Shown piece after piece: positions 1-13,800 of a stretch of DNA of 48,067 nucleotides. The notes beneath the pieces are model-generated. The model saw only the letters and a program-made list of their open reading frames with translations. It searched no databases and was not told the DNA's origin. Every line of letters begins with the position of its first letter. Within the stretch, counting starts at the first letter, position 1. This stretch comes from Macrostomum lignano (taxonomy: Eukaryota), in the NCBI GenBank assembly GCA_002269645.1, contig NIVC01004376.1, positions 1 through 48,067 of the forward strand, in the 5' to 3' direction. The translations under genes and the position numbers were made by a program.

Positions 1-370
1 GGCTTGAATATTGTCCACCGCACAGTATTGGCGGAGGCGGTTGTGTTTGAGAAGGTGGAGTCGCAGCAGATCCACATCAGGGCGTCAGTTCTATACCCAT
101 ACCTGTAGTACGCCGTACTGAACTCATTGAACTGCCAATCTAGAAAAGCGCATGTGACTGCCTCCATGACCAGCAAAGCAGCCAGTGTGGTTGTGAAGTA
201 GTTTAACACAGTTTCTTCACTCGTCCATGCAGTATAGCTAACGTATTCACTGTGGGATGTGCTCGTATGGCCAGGAAAAATGTTCAGCCTTCGCTCAAGT
301 AGCGGGGCATCGACTCGGCATGGAGCGGCAGTCTGAGTTTTGAGTTGGATGGGCTTGTGCTTACAATGTC
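1..370 (-). CDS. Possible further exon (CTL-like second half) running off the left edge
   Basis: Stop-free frame: ..YVSYTAWTSEE..TCAFLDW..LMWICCD... I could not join it in phase to the 1152 donor. Confidence 0.3.
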
Positions 371-656
371 ATGCTTACGAGTATAATTCTGCTGATAAGC
401 TCTTATAGCTAGCTCTTTTAGTCGGGCCCTCAGTTGGCGCCCTTAGTTGGGGCACCCCACAATTTACCCAGCGAAAGCAAAATCTGAGTGCACTACTTTT
501 ACGACCTAGAGGAGATGGACAGAGATATAGGATAACTGTTGTATTTTAAATTGCTTTTGACTGGTCAGGGTGTTTGTGATTGTTTGTTTGACGCTGTTTT
601 AGTGATACGACCCGTAGCTTTTCTCACGTGCTTTCTTTCGGAGCCAGTTTCTGAAA

Positions 657-851
657 TTGAAGACTGCGTCTGGTTTGTCTGGTTGGTGTTTAGCAATTAA
701 ATTGGCCAATCTCCCTCACCTCCAGCTCATTCTGCTTCTCTCAAGAAGCAGGGCAGCTCATAACGTGCTCAAGCGTCTCCTAGTCTACCCTGCAGTCGCG
801 GTACAGGCGAAGGCCACCAGCTCAAGTGAATGCCAGTGCGGAATCTCCTAA
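657..851 (+). mobile_element. Probable degenerate non-LTR retrotransposon fragment (APE endonuclease N-terminus)
   Basis: LQL..LSRSRAAHNVLKRLL..AVAVQ resembles the ILQ.NL.RSRAA..LL..IALIQEP start of R1/I-type ORF2; no RT seen. Confidence 0.4.
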
Positions 852-1151
852 AGTTGACGCCTCGTTGCTGGGAAATAACTATCCCATTGACCATCATCCA
901 CCACTGGGCATCATCCACCAATTTACTTTGCAACTTTGCAACTACCCTATCTAGGATCGAAGTGTGATAAACAGGATCGAACGTTGACGGCCCAACAAGC
1001 AGTATCGGCAGTGGGACTCATTCTTTGGAGAGATATATTAAACAAATTTCGCGTCGTCGGAAGACAAAAAGTTAACTCTTCTACGCACTACACTGTTCTT
1101 TAACAAGTAAATATTACACCACGACCGCACATACAGAGAAAAAACACTTAC

Positions 1152-1894
1152 ACTTGGTGTATGGTGCACACTCCCTGTGCGCCCAGTGGCTTTGGTGGAC
1201 ATCAAATGACAAAGAAAACACTTGCAGACAGAACAAAAATCCGTGGCTTCCGTTTCCAAACACTAGCGACTCGCTGAAATAGGAAAACTTCATTAATGTC
1301 ACGTGATATCTTGATAACTTGTATAACAATACCTATAATACAGCCGCAGTATCACACACCTATCAAGTGATCGAACCGGGTCATCACTTGTGACCGGGGA
1401 TGAAAAAACTGTTCGGTGACCTTCGATCACGACCACCTGGGCAGGCGATCGAGTCACCGCCACACAGAAATAGTGCCAGAAGTAGGGAGCTTTTAGAGTT
1501 CCTGTGACCACCGTGGCAGCTCCGGATTGTCGAATGACTCGAGCCTCAAAGTTGTTGACGTCAGTGTATCGGAACTGTAGACTGTCTCCAGACGATTGCA
1601 GAACCGGCATTGTGAAGTCATAGCTTTGGTTGAAGTAGCTGTAGAAGCACACTGTGTACTCATTGCCATCCATTTCCAACGCCCCGCTTGCTGGAACTTG
1701 CAAAGTGCTGTTTGCATTACCAAGCAAATATAAGGCACCGTTTGTCTTGAAGGTCGGTCCGCTGGCCCAGCTCACATTGGAGCCGAGGTCGCCATGTCGC
1801 ATGCCCTGTTGAATGTCATTTGCTTGAGTTTCTTGTACCAGCGGCCAGAAGCCAACACGGTACCGATCAAGCTGAACTGTTTGGGACTCGGGGT
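1152..1894 (-). CDS. Gene B exons: LamG / concanavalin-A-like domain
   Basis: VGFWPL..G..GSNVSWASGP..GALYLLGNANSTLQVP..YTVCFY..WHYFCV.. | LVFG..FLFCLQVF..C; exons 1360-1894 and 1152-1273. Confidence 0.8.
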
Positions 1895-4800
1895 CTGTGG
1901 GTCATTGTTTGTATATTTTTTACTAGTTTTGCGACAATCTGTAGATTTAACTCGAGTATGTTGTACTCACCCCAAGATTGGACCTTGTACGATACGCTCT
2001 TTGCTGTGTAGCGGAACGTTTCAGACTTTGATGTTACATTCGTCGTCAACAGTCCTGGCACACCGTTCACCAGCCGAAGATCGCACGAAGTGTCTAAAAT
2101 ACAATATTTAAATTGACAAATAATTGCGTGCATTATTGAGCAGGTTTTGATTCCATCAATTAAATGCGTACGTACTGTAAGGCAACCACTGAAGCATGTT
2201 GTAATTGGTTCCATATCGATTGATCATTCCATCGCTCGTGTGAGTCGCATTTTCATCGCTGAACTTGGAAACCACGGAACCTCCGGTAAAAACGGACTTG
2301 CATGTGGGTGCCAGCTCACGGAAACAGTCAAAAAGCTGACGCAAGTGACTGAGTCCGCTGTATGACGCTATGTAGTAGTTGTTGTCGTAGTACATCATGC
2401 GCTTTACGTACACCTTCTTTGCCTGTCTTTCCTGTTGCATATCTGTAAAAGAAAGATTAGACCGCTTATTTCCATTGTCCTAATTAAAATAACACACATA
2501 ATTAAATCTGCAAACCTACATCTCCTTGTGTACACCACGACTTCGGCCAACGAGAAGCAGCAGCCGATTCTCTCCCGTCTGAGAATCACATATCGTCCAG
2601 AGATTCCGCACATTATTTCAATTACCTCCCCAGGATTGAATGTTTCGGTTCTCTTCTGACACAGTATTGAGTAAAACATTGATGTTGTGTATGGATTGTC
2701 AGCCGTCGTTTGTGAGATCCAGGCTTCATACAGTCGAGCATTCTCTAAAGGAGTTACAATGGATTCGATGATAAAATCAATTTGCAAGCAGCATCGTGAA
2801 TATGCAAAATACACTATTTCGTTATCAAGTTACAGCCCGAGATACATTTTGGTAGCGCTACTTTAAATAACTGCCGTACACTTTTTGGTTTAATATGAAA
2901 CTCACCGTTGACATCGCTGCGCAGGTAAATCCACACCTCACTGACATACTGAACAGTCCGCATGTCGACGCGCCACCAGTCGAATGTTGATGCTGATGTG
3001 ACCGGAGTTGACGAGTAAATCTTTGACACAACATTCAGAGTAAAGTATCCATCATTGGCGGCAGAGGCGCTGTATCCTGATCGGAGATTGTAGTAGTTGA
3101 CCGGATTTCCAGTGATGTTGATCGGCTCCGAAACCATCGAGTATCCTGTGTTGAGTGCATTCACCTCACAGATGAACTGGTAGACCGACTGATAGGTGTC
3201 GCATTTGATATTGCGCCACGTTCCGCCGTGTTCCAAGTCCATCATGAGGCACTCCTTGCCTGGACTGCTGTGGCGCCAGAACTTCCAGTCAACTGGACTT
3301 CCATCCCACCACTTCCACTGACCGGATGATCGATTGTACTGGCCATCGATGTGGACAAACTTGTGCAGATTTTGACCACTGAAGATTTAAGCAACGAGCG
3401 ATACATTTTTCTGTCCTCTTATATTCGTATGTTTATATATATTTCAATATGCTCAAAGATACTAGACATAAATACTCTCGTACCTGGTGATGGAGTTGTA
3501 GAACATGTAGTAGAAGAGCTGGTTTTCCAGCACGGTCTTCGGACTGGCCAAATGTGCGCTGCCGTTCCAGTGCATTGACTCGCAAATCTCTTTGGCCAGC
3601 ATCGGCGGCGCGACCGTGTGAGGGAATGAGCTGTTCATGCCGTAGGGAACCCAGAAGCAGCTGTCCTTGTGCCGGAAGAAGCCGAACGGGCATTCTGGAT
3701 ATTATAATGACGACGCAACTTGTACATCTACTTTATTGTTTGTTTACTACTTGGAATCCTATTAAACGACAGGTATAAAAGCATGAACGAAACTCTGAAA
3801 ACACAGTCATGCAGTGCCTACGAGCTCGTACCCTCTTTGATCATGCAGCCTCGGAACAGAACGGACATCGTCGATGCGGAACCGTTCAGAATGACAATGC
3901 GAATCTCATTTGTTCGGATCAGGTGCGGCAGGGCTTGGTGGCGTCCGTTGGATGATGCAAATATCTGCAGTGGGAGAGTGAGTTGTAAGCTTATTATTAG
4001 AGTAAATACTTTGTATTCGAATTTGCATATTTGTAAGCTGATCAGCGACAAGGACGAACCGTTGCTTCCCCGAGAACTGTAAAGTTCACAAGCTGCCAGG
4101 TGCGCATGTGCCTGTACTGCATTAGGAACTTCACTGGGTCACCGCTTGTGTTCAACGAGAAGCCCGAGAAATGGTAAAAGTCCTTGAATAGGAAGTTCCT
4201 TGTGTTTGACGTTGGGCTTGACAGCGTTGCCTGGTCACCAGAAATTAGACCACAATCTGCGGGAAATGAGAACAACAAATTGCATGAATTACTACTATGA
4301 ACCATTGGATCAACGTACTTTGACTTATCAAGGTAAAATGGGAGAAATAATTGCGAGTCTCACCATCCGGATAGCCAAGGATTTCCAGCTTCGCCACTCG
4401 TCTGTTGTAATAACTGACGGGACGGAACTGAATTATTTTTGCTTTGAATGGCACTGAGACATCCATTCGAAGCTGCATCATGTCGTTGTAGTACTGGTTG
4501 AACTGGTGCTGCAATGGATAACAAAGCACTGCATTTTAAGAACCTGAGTCTTTAGCGTAGAAATACGAACTGATTTCGATCAAAAGGCATCTTACATCAA
4601 CGTAGCTGTTGCTCGTCTGATAAGACCTCACTGGAACCAGAGTTCTCGGGTCATCGCCGTAGAATATCTTGAAGCTCCTCACATAGGCTCGCCAGTAATT
4701 CGTTCTGTCCATCATTGATGAGCCTTGGATCACGAATCCAAGGATGGTGTGACTCACAGTCAGATAGATGTTTATTGGGTATTCTGAAACAGTTGTGAGC

Positions 4801-7800
4801 TTCTCTTGTGAGATTCAGCCATGCAATAGTCAAGATTTCATCACTTTTTCATGAGCATATTTGATATCTGATATTATCAACACAGGAAGCACTTCTGCCA
4901 CTCACCGGAGTAGAAGAACATGCCAGGAGGCTGCCGAGGCTTCTTTGGGGTGTTGAGCCGAAACATGTACGGTGACGGGTACTGACTTGGATCCGCGTTT
5001 GATGGTAGCGGAGTTGCTTGCGGGTCCAGCTGGTTCACCTCAATAATGCCGTCCTCCATGCCGATGGGATTGCCAAGCAAATGCAGCTGACCTGAAAAGA
5101 AAGCAGTTAGAGAATAATTGAGGTAAGGTCTTTCATTAAAGTATATTCTCCGAATTGCAGTCGTATTGTGCACACTGCAGGAGAGCCAGACCAAGTAAAT
5201 TTGAATGAAAATGATGAGAAGGAAGTAAGTCTTAGAAAATGAATAATATTATCTCGCTTAATTTAAGAACTTATTATCTAACGAAAAATGTAAAACGTAA
5301 AACGCTTTCAACTTTGGGTCATTCCGTGCGAATTTTTTTCGACTAACTTTTGCAGAGCAAAGTTTTTTTCAGTACATGACCCCTCATTTTAGGACAGTGC
5401 TAGTGATTCACTCGTCGCTGATTTGAAAAGCAGTGCGCAGCAGACAACTGTACGGCCTTCCAATAGGAAAGGGGGCCCATCGAACCAGCCCATTTTGCTT
5501 GAATCGATCAGTTCCTACTCGACCGTTGTTAGGATTTTTCGATAAAAATTGCTCTTCACTTACCAACAGCCGGAAAGCCGTAGGCTTCAAACTCGCAAAG
5601 CTGAGTCGCCTTCTGTAGTCCGACACCTTGCGGATTCCAGCATAGTTTGCGACCTAAAATTCCCAGGCAGAAACTTTAGTCGCAGAGCAAGAACTGATCT
5701 CGCATATTGCATATTACCTTTATTCTCACCTTGTCGATGTCAACAGCCCACACGTGCTCTCTCAGATAGCCGCTGCCTCGGCTTTGAATGACCTGTACGC
5801 TGGAATGCGTGATGGATGACGAGTTCGACACGAAGATCTCTGCGAAATCCAACTCTTCGTAGTCTGCAAAGAGAAGAAAAAGGAATTCAAATACAAATAG
5901 ATGACCCTTTAGAGAGCGGATCCCAAATCGGGATAATCGGGATCAGCTAGTTGAATCCCACCGTAGCGCAAGTTGGTCCTAGAGCAGCTAGAGATCTGGC
6001 ATGTATCCAGTGTGACACTTGGATTTGTTGTGTAACACCAAAATCTGTTTGTGTTGTCGCAGTTGCGGCAGTAGTTTTCGGAAGCAGTTATATTGCTGGC
6101 TGGAAAGTAGCCAGCGTATTGACAGTCGGAATTCGGAGCATGCGGACTGCTAGTTCCCCACTTCTGACAAGTGTATCCAGATGACGTCACATTCTGCCGA
6201 CCAAAGTAGCTCGTCCGACTGGCTGCGTTGCCGCACACGTCTCCACCATATTCATCTGTTGAAAGAGAGTCAGCATGGATAATGCACTGTGGTGATTTTG
6301 AGAATTCAACTCTACTAGCAATCAGCCTGTGTTACCTAGCTCTTCAATCAGGTCAACGACTCGAATTCGCTTAATTACTGTCGGATAGCCAAACGAGATC
6401 ATCCAAAAATGATATGGGTCACTGTAGTCTTGCAAGTTCGTAGCAAAGGCTTGATTATAGTTATAAAACATGTGAGCGTCTCCATCGTTGCCTCTCTCAG
6501 GATAACTTCCAGAGCTGTGGATTCGCCACTTGAAGTTTGATACGATGTAGGGCAGTGTTGAACCTTTGGTCTCTGAAAAAAGTTAGTATTATTGTATTAT
6601 TGTTAATAAAAAACATCTAAATTAATAGAGGCCAAAAATCGCATACCATATGGGCATCCATAGAGCTGCAGCTTCATTTCATTTAGTGTTTGATAAGCAG
6701 ACGGGCACACTCTGAGAGCCAGGGTCAGCAGATCCGGTAGGAACCGCAAACTGGCTGCTTGGCGAGTCTGCCGTGGACCAACTAGAAGCTGGAGTGAGTG
6801 AGTGAGTGGGTAAGTTTTGGTGTTTTGCGTGCCTCAATTGCAAATTGCGTGCATCAATGGCAAATTGCGTGCATCAATGGCAAAAGCAGGAGTGCGCAAA
6901 GCCTCTTCAGCCTGCTGGAATCATGCACTCCTACACTACGAGCTATACTACATTTCGACTAGAGTTCCGCTTGCGGATTAGACGGATATTAATTATGTGC
7001 CAGAATGATTTCTATAACATTCAATTATTCACAATCATAGATTTTAGGGAAAAGCAAGCAGGTAAATTTTTTCCGCAAGAAATCGTGGCAAAAATGGTGT
7101 ACAGGCAATTAAAACGCCTTCATCACTACTTACCATTCCATTGTAAAGCGATCTCCAGTACCGTGCATTCTCACTGTAGTATATATAGTAGCTGAGCACG
7201 GTGGTCCATGCATCAGAGACCACGTTGATGCCTGAACCGCCCTGCAGTGTTATCCACTGCAGCTTCACAAACTTGTCAAAAGTAGCCTAGAAATGCAACA
7301 ATGCAGAGTGCTCAAGTATGCCAGTAGGGAACAAAGCCAAATATGAAATAGATTTACCTGTAGATATACTCGTTCTTGGTGGAAGTAGTACTGTGGCCGA
7401 TACGTTGACAGGGTCTTTGTGCTCCTCACATCAAAGTACATCTGTATGCTTGTGCCAGTGCTGTATACGTCGTTTGAGTAGCCTATTTTTCTGATCGGGA
7501 TGGCGTGACGGAAGTCCGTTGACTGACCAATCAGCTGGCCATCTACGTAAGTGAAAAACGTGGTTGCATTGTCGTCGGTTGTCCAGGTGATGCAGACCTT
7601 GGCAAAGTCCTGAGTATTATGAGTTGCTGTCCGGTTGAGTGAGCTGTTCAGCATTTCGAGCACATATGCGGCCGGGCTGTTCACAGAGTAGTCTTTGTTC
7701 TCGATTTGCCTCCGACATATTTGATCAGGCTCGCTCCGTCTCCTTGCAGCATCAGCACGTAGCGAGGCTGGAATGCATGAGTATTGACTGGTTTTTTGGA

Positions 7801-10800
7801 AATGGGTGCTTTACTGGCATGAAAATTGGACATTAAGAACTTGTTTCCTACATTGGTCATTGCCTCCAAGTAGCCATACTGATCGGTGAACCAGATCTTT
7901 GCCAGTCTGTTGCGAATGAGCAAATTGAATGTGACATTGTTAGTCTGCAGAGCCTTCGAGATCGTCTCATCCGGCATCCAACTGACTCGCATGTCCACCT
8001 CCGAGTCGTAGTGATAGTCTGAGGATAGAGAGAAAAAATACCGCTTCGATTATTAATAAATTAATTTCATTACAATTTATGCTCTACTATATTTTAGCAC
8101 CAGTGAGAGTTAGAAAGCAACTCGGAAGCATGTTAACAACACATACGATGCATACGATGCACTTTTGAGTCTGATAGTGAATAAAGTAAAAATATTTAGA
8201 CTTCCTAAATGTTCTCGGACTCTACCAACTTTGGCTGCATAAACAGTGCAGAATCATACCACACCATGCAATACGGGTTTCTAACAGAACACGTTGGTAC
8301 TTTGTTTTGAGAAAATCACTTTCTGGGTTGTAATTCCTTGCACTATTAGTTGTACCTAGCATCTTGTATTCCTTGAATTTTATCACTTTTAATTCGCATT
8401 TTACGCTCATATCTTTCCTCCGTACTAATTTGTAGAATATTGTAGCCGTACATAGCTCGTAAAAGTGGATTTAAGCATGACAAAAATTAAGTTGCGTATA
8501 TTAGGCAAAAAATACTTTTAAATTTAACTCAAGCTTACACTCCTCTGCGAACACAAAGATTTGATCAACTCGAAAGAAACCCAAATCAGCTGACTTGGTG
8601 AGAACGAGATATCGACCAAGCATGACGCTGGAGCAGGTGAAGCTGTACTCGGTGAGGCTGCTGACAGATAGCTCCAGCGAGTCGCACAGAGGCCAGTTGA
8701 TAAAGGCGCGCTCTCCCAGAGATGAGTCATAGCTGCTGCTGACGCGCACGTGGATCGGGTACTGGCCACTGGTTGCTGTGGGCCGTGTGGGATGAGACGG
8801 GATGTGAGGCATTTAAAATGGGCATAAGTGCCGATGATGCGTTATTAAATATTGAGGGCAGTTTCTCACGGCTCTGGAAGTCGACACCCGAAATTGTATG
8901 CAGCAACTTCAGGTCCACCAGAACATAATAGTATTCAGTAGCATCCACATACGATGCCTGATTGTTGGTGTCAATGTTGAGAAAACCGCCAGATGTGGCG
9001 GTGTTGGACACTTCTCTATTGTTGAACCAAACTGTTTTGTAGATAGCAGCATTGTGGCCCTGCAGCTCCGCAACATTCGGGTGGTAGTAGTGAACTGAAA
9101 GTAAAGAAATTGGTACAGTTGTATTTCACTCGCTCGATCCAGAAATTGGACAAAATAAAATTCATTATCAAATAAGCTTACAACAACTAGCTGTTATGCA
9201 TGTCCCAATCCCACCAGTAACTTTATTGCAGAGCGGCTGTTCTGATGTTGACCCTGATAGTTAAATGAGTAAAATTAGGCACTGAAAACTTTATTCTAAA
9301 TGTAATGCACACAACTGAATTGATGGCGAGCAGGCCAAATAATTCTTACGGCTTATGCATTGCGAGCCGTAGTTCAGACTTGCGGGAACTCCTGAAGTCC
9401 ACGGGGCACAAGCGATGCCTTCCCTCGTTACATTGAGGTCGTGGATGAAGTATGCATGATCTCCCCTGCTGTGCACGCACGGAACTGAAAATATAAGAAT
9501 CTAGCAGACATGTTTCTCTCATACTTTTTGAATTACTGCTTTCAAATGATTTTACCTCCCGTGCGAACTGCGTTGCCCACAATTGCATCCTCGGGCTTGT
9601 TGAAGGAGGACCGGCCGTGGCCGCTCAGTGAGGCCGTCAACTTTCCAGGAATTCCAGGAAGCAGTGGTTGCATGCAGCCTAAAATTCAGCATCTTGTCCT
9701 TATTTATACGGGACACGCTATTAGTGAAATTATTTGTTTCAGTTTCTTACCGTGTTCAACACAGGGAAAATGTTGAATTGTGTTCGATGCTGAGAGTTGG
9801 GGTGGAGACGATAGAGGATTTGAGGTGAAAATCCAGACTTTGTTGGTATCAGACCGGAAACTGGTTGATTGATTTTTGAAGAAGTCGTCCACAAATAGAA
9901 GGTCGTTGTGCGCCACTCTCTGGTTGTGATCAGTCTCAGTGCTCCACCAAAAGTCATCGTTGCATCCCGAACACATTCCCGGGTGCATGTAGTAAACTAG
10001 TGGTCCCTTCGTGCACATATTTGGTCCTGAAAGATTACAAAGAATTAAAGTACGATGCAACTATTCTTATTAGAAGTAGAATAAAAATAAAGGACCTCTT
10101 TTTAAACAGTTGTTGGGAGCATGTTCGTTCAACTTACGCTTGAAGAGAGGTAATTCGCACACAAAGTAAAGGCGAGTCGAGGCAGTCGAATATGGAGTCA
10201 GTCCATTGAGCCAAGGACGCCACACAGCATACAAGTTCCCTGCCTTCTCAGCAGCCCAAGATCCATCGCTGACTGGCTCTCCATCAAACCATTCCCAGAT
10301 GCCGGTGCTTGCGTTTCTCCTGACACCAACATGCAACTCCCAATTGTAGCTGGAATGACAACAAGGTACAGTGAGCGATTCTTCATGCAATTCATTGGTA
10401 GAAACTTAGAATTATAGTTCGATAGAATTAAAATTACGCTAATGACTTTGCATCAGCAAAGACTTGAACGAAGAGTTCAACTTACAACTTCCCTAGGATG
10501 AAGTTCATCTTCATGGCGTCCTTCGGCATGAATAATGTTCCCCTCTGCCCAGCCCACCGATAGCTTTGGCAGTGTTTCTGCGCCACTTCTTGAGTTGCCA
10601 CCACTGTAATGGTTCGCAAGCAAACGTCAAAATGCGGGGTAAATCCATCCGGGCAGTCGTTGGTCATCTTCCCGAGCAGACTCAGCTCATCAGGAGACAG
10701 GCTGCCATTGACAATGTGGAATGTCAGCTTGAGCGGCTGCAGAACTTGTGGAAAGTACAGACTTTGGTTTGCAGACTGGACATTAAACTGCAATCAAGTT

Positions 10801-13800
10801 AACAGTATCCAGGTAAATAACTAGGGCCAATGTAAAAGATATCAAAAAGTTAAAAGACGATAGTCGTACCATCCACGTGTTGTTGTACACCTTGAAGACC
10901 TCATCTTCTCCAGCCAGCTCCTCAAAGCTCAAATAGAACCGGAGAAGACCGGCTGACTTTCTATTGAACTGCATGAAGTTCAGGTGGTAGAAGTACTTCA
11001 GTGTCACCCGCAGCGTTGAGCTGTCCACCATCGTCTTGTTCATATGCTCCTCCGGAATCTGGGTGCTGTCTGTAATATTAACACTGATCTATAGTTTCAA
11101 TAACAAAAACAAACCCATTTTTGCTATCCTTACTGGTGTCATTTGGAAAGCCGAGCAGATCGAACTTGATGGCTGTGCGGCCAGTCGATGACAGAGTGTC
11201 CACTCTCACGATTTGTGCTTGGAACGGGTTAGTGAAAACTTCCTTTCGCCGCTCGACCTCGTCGCGTGGTCCGTGAAAGCTTATCTGTTAATTCAATACG
11301 AAAAATTCAAAACTAGAGCCGACAGTAGATGACGATTGGCAGTGGAGAACTGAAAAAATCTGATATTTTAGTGCAAAACCCAGTAATCTTGGAAGTAATT
11401 GGTGCTGATTAAAAAACGCACTGCCTTGCTTCAGTCACATGCACGGTGGGCTCGGCATGCTTCCTCCCCATCATCTATTGGTATCAACACATCAACTATA
11501 GACAATAAAATTTGAACTGTACTGTACGCTTCGTACGAGTATTAAGCCTCGACCTCGAAGATTTATCCAAAAATATACTCTTCACTGAGCGCTATAACTA
11601 AGTGAAGCTTTAAACTCCTAGATAATAGCTACACACTATCCACTCGGGCCTCACGCAGCGCGCGAAACAGCTGCTGTACAACGCTAAGGACGAAAAAAAC
11701 AACAGCCCTAAGATACCACTGCGGCTACCTTGAAAAACCGGACCAAAAACGCTGCTGCTGGCTCTCTGACAGCCCTGCCCTCGACAAAGGAAACCTCATG
11801 ATAGGAGCCCATGGAACTGGAGCCAATCAGTGAGTCCGGAGAGTCAGCTCTCCTGCAAAACTCGCCCTAAACCACAGAGCACCTGCGCGGACCACCCGTG
11901 GACTCCCGGGAGTGGACATCCTGCAGCTCAACCTGCACAACTGCATCGCAAACAACCAGGCGCAGATATCGGATTTCGTAAAACCGAGCATTTTATTGAG
12001 CCCTGGACGAAAAAAGGTAAGATCCTGAATATCCCTGCTGATTTTAATCGGCTTTCAGGACCCTCAGAACCCCGTAAATCCAACGCTTAAGTATAGCCGG
12101 CCCTGGTCCTAAAGTGGCTAATCAATTTATGAGACTTACAGCTCCGTTAGTCTCCAGGTCCCTGTAGTACATCAGCATATCGTGGCGCTTTTCGTAGGCG
12201 TACAGAATGCGCAAGGAAACGAAGCGCCCATAGTAAGGATAAGTCATGGATGAGCCTTGTATAATGAAGCCAGTGACAGTGTAGACGCAAGGAAGGTACA
12301 CATCAAAGTAGCCGTTCCCGTACAGGTATAGGGCAAAGTTAAAGGCCTCGTCACTAACGAACTCAAGCGGCAGCGAATACACATCGCCGGTGAGGCCGTT
12401 GTACGGGTACACCCGGCTGGCTCTCGCAGCTGTGGCCGGATACCGGGAGCCCAGGCCGGTGCGGACTGTCACCAACTCTGACAACTGGTCACCTGGGCTG
12501 CCTGATTGATTCAAAGATGGGCATAATTTATATTGATGTTGTTTATAGTATTTTGTTTAACTTAGGCGAAGCCGAAATGGGCAAACACAAATCGAACTTT
12601 TGAGGATTTAAAATTATATTTTGATAGCTACAGACAATTTTGTCTGTCAGACAAAAGACAGACAGCAGATGTAGACAGCCAGTGTTTTTCGCTCTGGTAG
12701 ATTAGCTACCAGAAACTGCAACTCACCAAGCGGGTACCCGTAAACTTCGATCTCGCAAATCGTATAATAAACTGTGCTTCCAGAGTAGCTGCCAACTCCG
12801 ACGAATCTTGCCGGCTAAAGTAAATTTTGGTGTTCAAAATTCTCGATCCGTCGACAACACAGTCGGCTCTATAAACAGTTTAGTAAGAGCAACAGAACTG
12901 AGAGCACAGGAAACTTACCCGAGCCACCTTGACGAGCCAAGGCTGGGGCACGACAGCATCGCCGATTTTGTCAACAACGATCCCAGAGCTTCCAGAATAT
13001 GACGAGTTTGAAACATACAGCTTGGAGAACTTGTTAACTTCATTCGTTATCACTCCTGAAAGTTTTATAATTAACTTATAGTTGGATGTCTTGTTGGTTT
13101 TAACTATTGGCTGAAGAACACAAAATTGGTTTATTAGCTCACCACTGTCATCATTGGTTTGAGCCCATACATACACTTTGTCAATGTATCTTGGATATAC
13201 AAGATCGATAGTGATGTATGCATTGACATGGTAGTGTCTCCAGCACCCCGACCCGAATGATGGAGACCGATTCTGGTCAATAACTCCTCTCTCACTGTAG
13301 GAAGTCACTCCTGAGCTTCGAACAGTCTGGTAGTTTGAGATGATGACTGGCTGCTGGAACTGCACGTTGTACTTGGCTGAAGTGGAAAATTGTTTTCATA
13401 TTTAGGTCAGTTTTTCGTTTGATTTGACAGCTGAAAATAGCTACGAGTACAACTACGAGCTGCATTAAAACCAGGCAGCCGTACTGAAGCTTCAACAGAA
13501 AGCACTCCACCAATATATCACTCGATCACAAAGATAGCAGAAGCAACACCAAGTTTTATAATTAAAACAATGCACAGTCTCACATCTCTTGCAGCCGTAA
13601 AGCATCCAGCGAATCTCGGCACGGCTGTTGTAATCGTATGCGTAGACTCGGAATGTAAGCGCGTGAATCTCTGGAACCAGTCGGTAGCTGGACACCATAT
13701 CTCCCTTGTTGTACGAGCCGGAAATGTACTGAAAGACAGTGTGGTAACGGTAACTGACGCACTCTTACACTGATCGAAGTGAAGTTTCTGCGGCAGAATC

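Noticed and set aside
5315-5383. GGGTCAT..ATGACCC short inverted repeat as a Tc1-like MITE
   Set aside because: Only 7 bp, with no TA target duplication.
13690-13800. Apparent frameshift in the cassette-2 F5/8C domain
   Set aside because: Resolved by the phase-0 acceptor tctttcag before YISGSYNKG.
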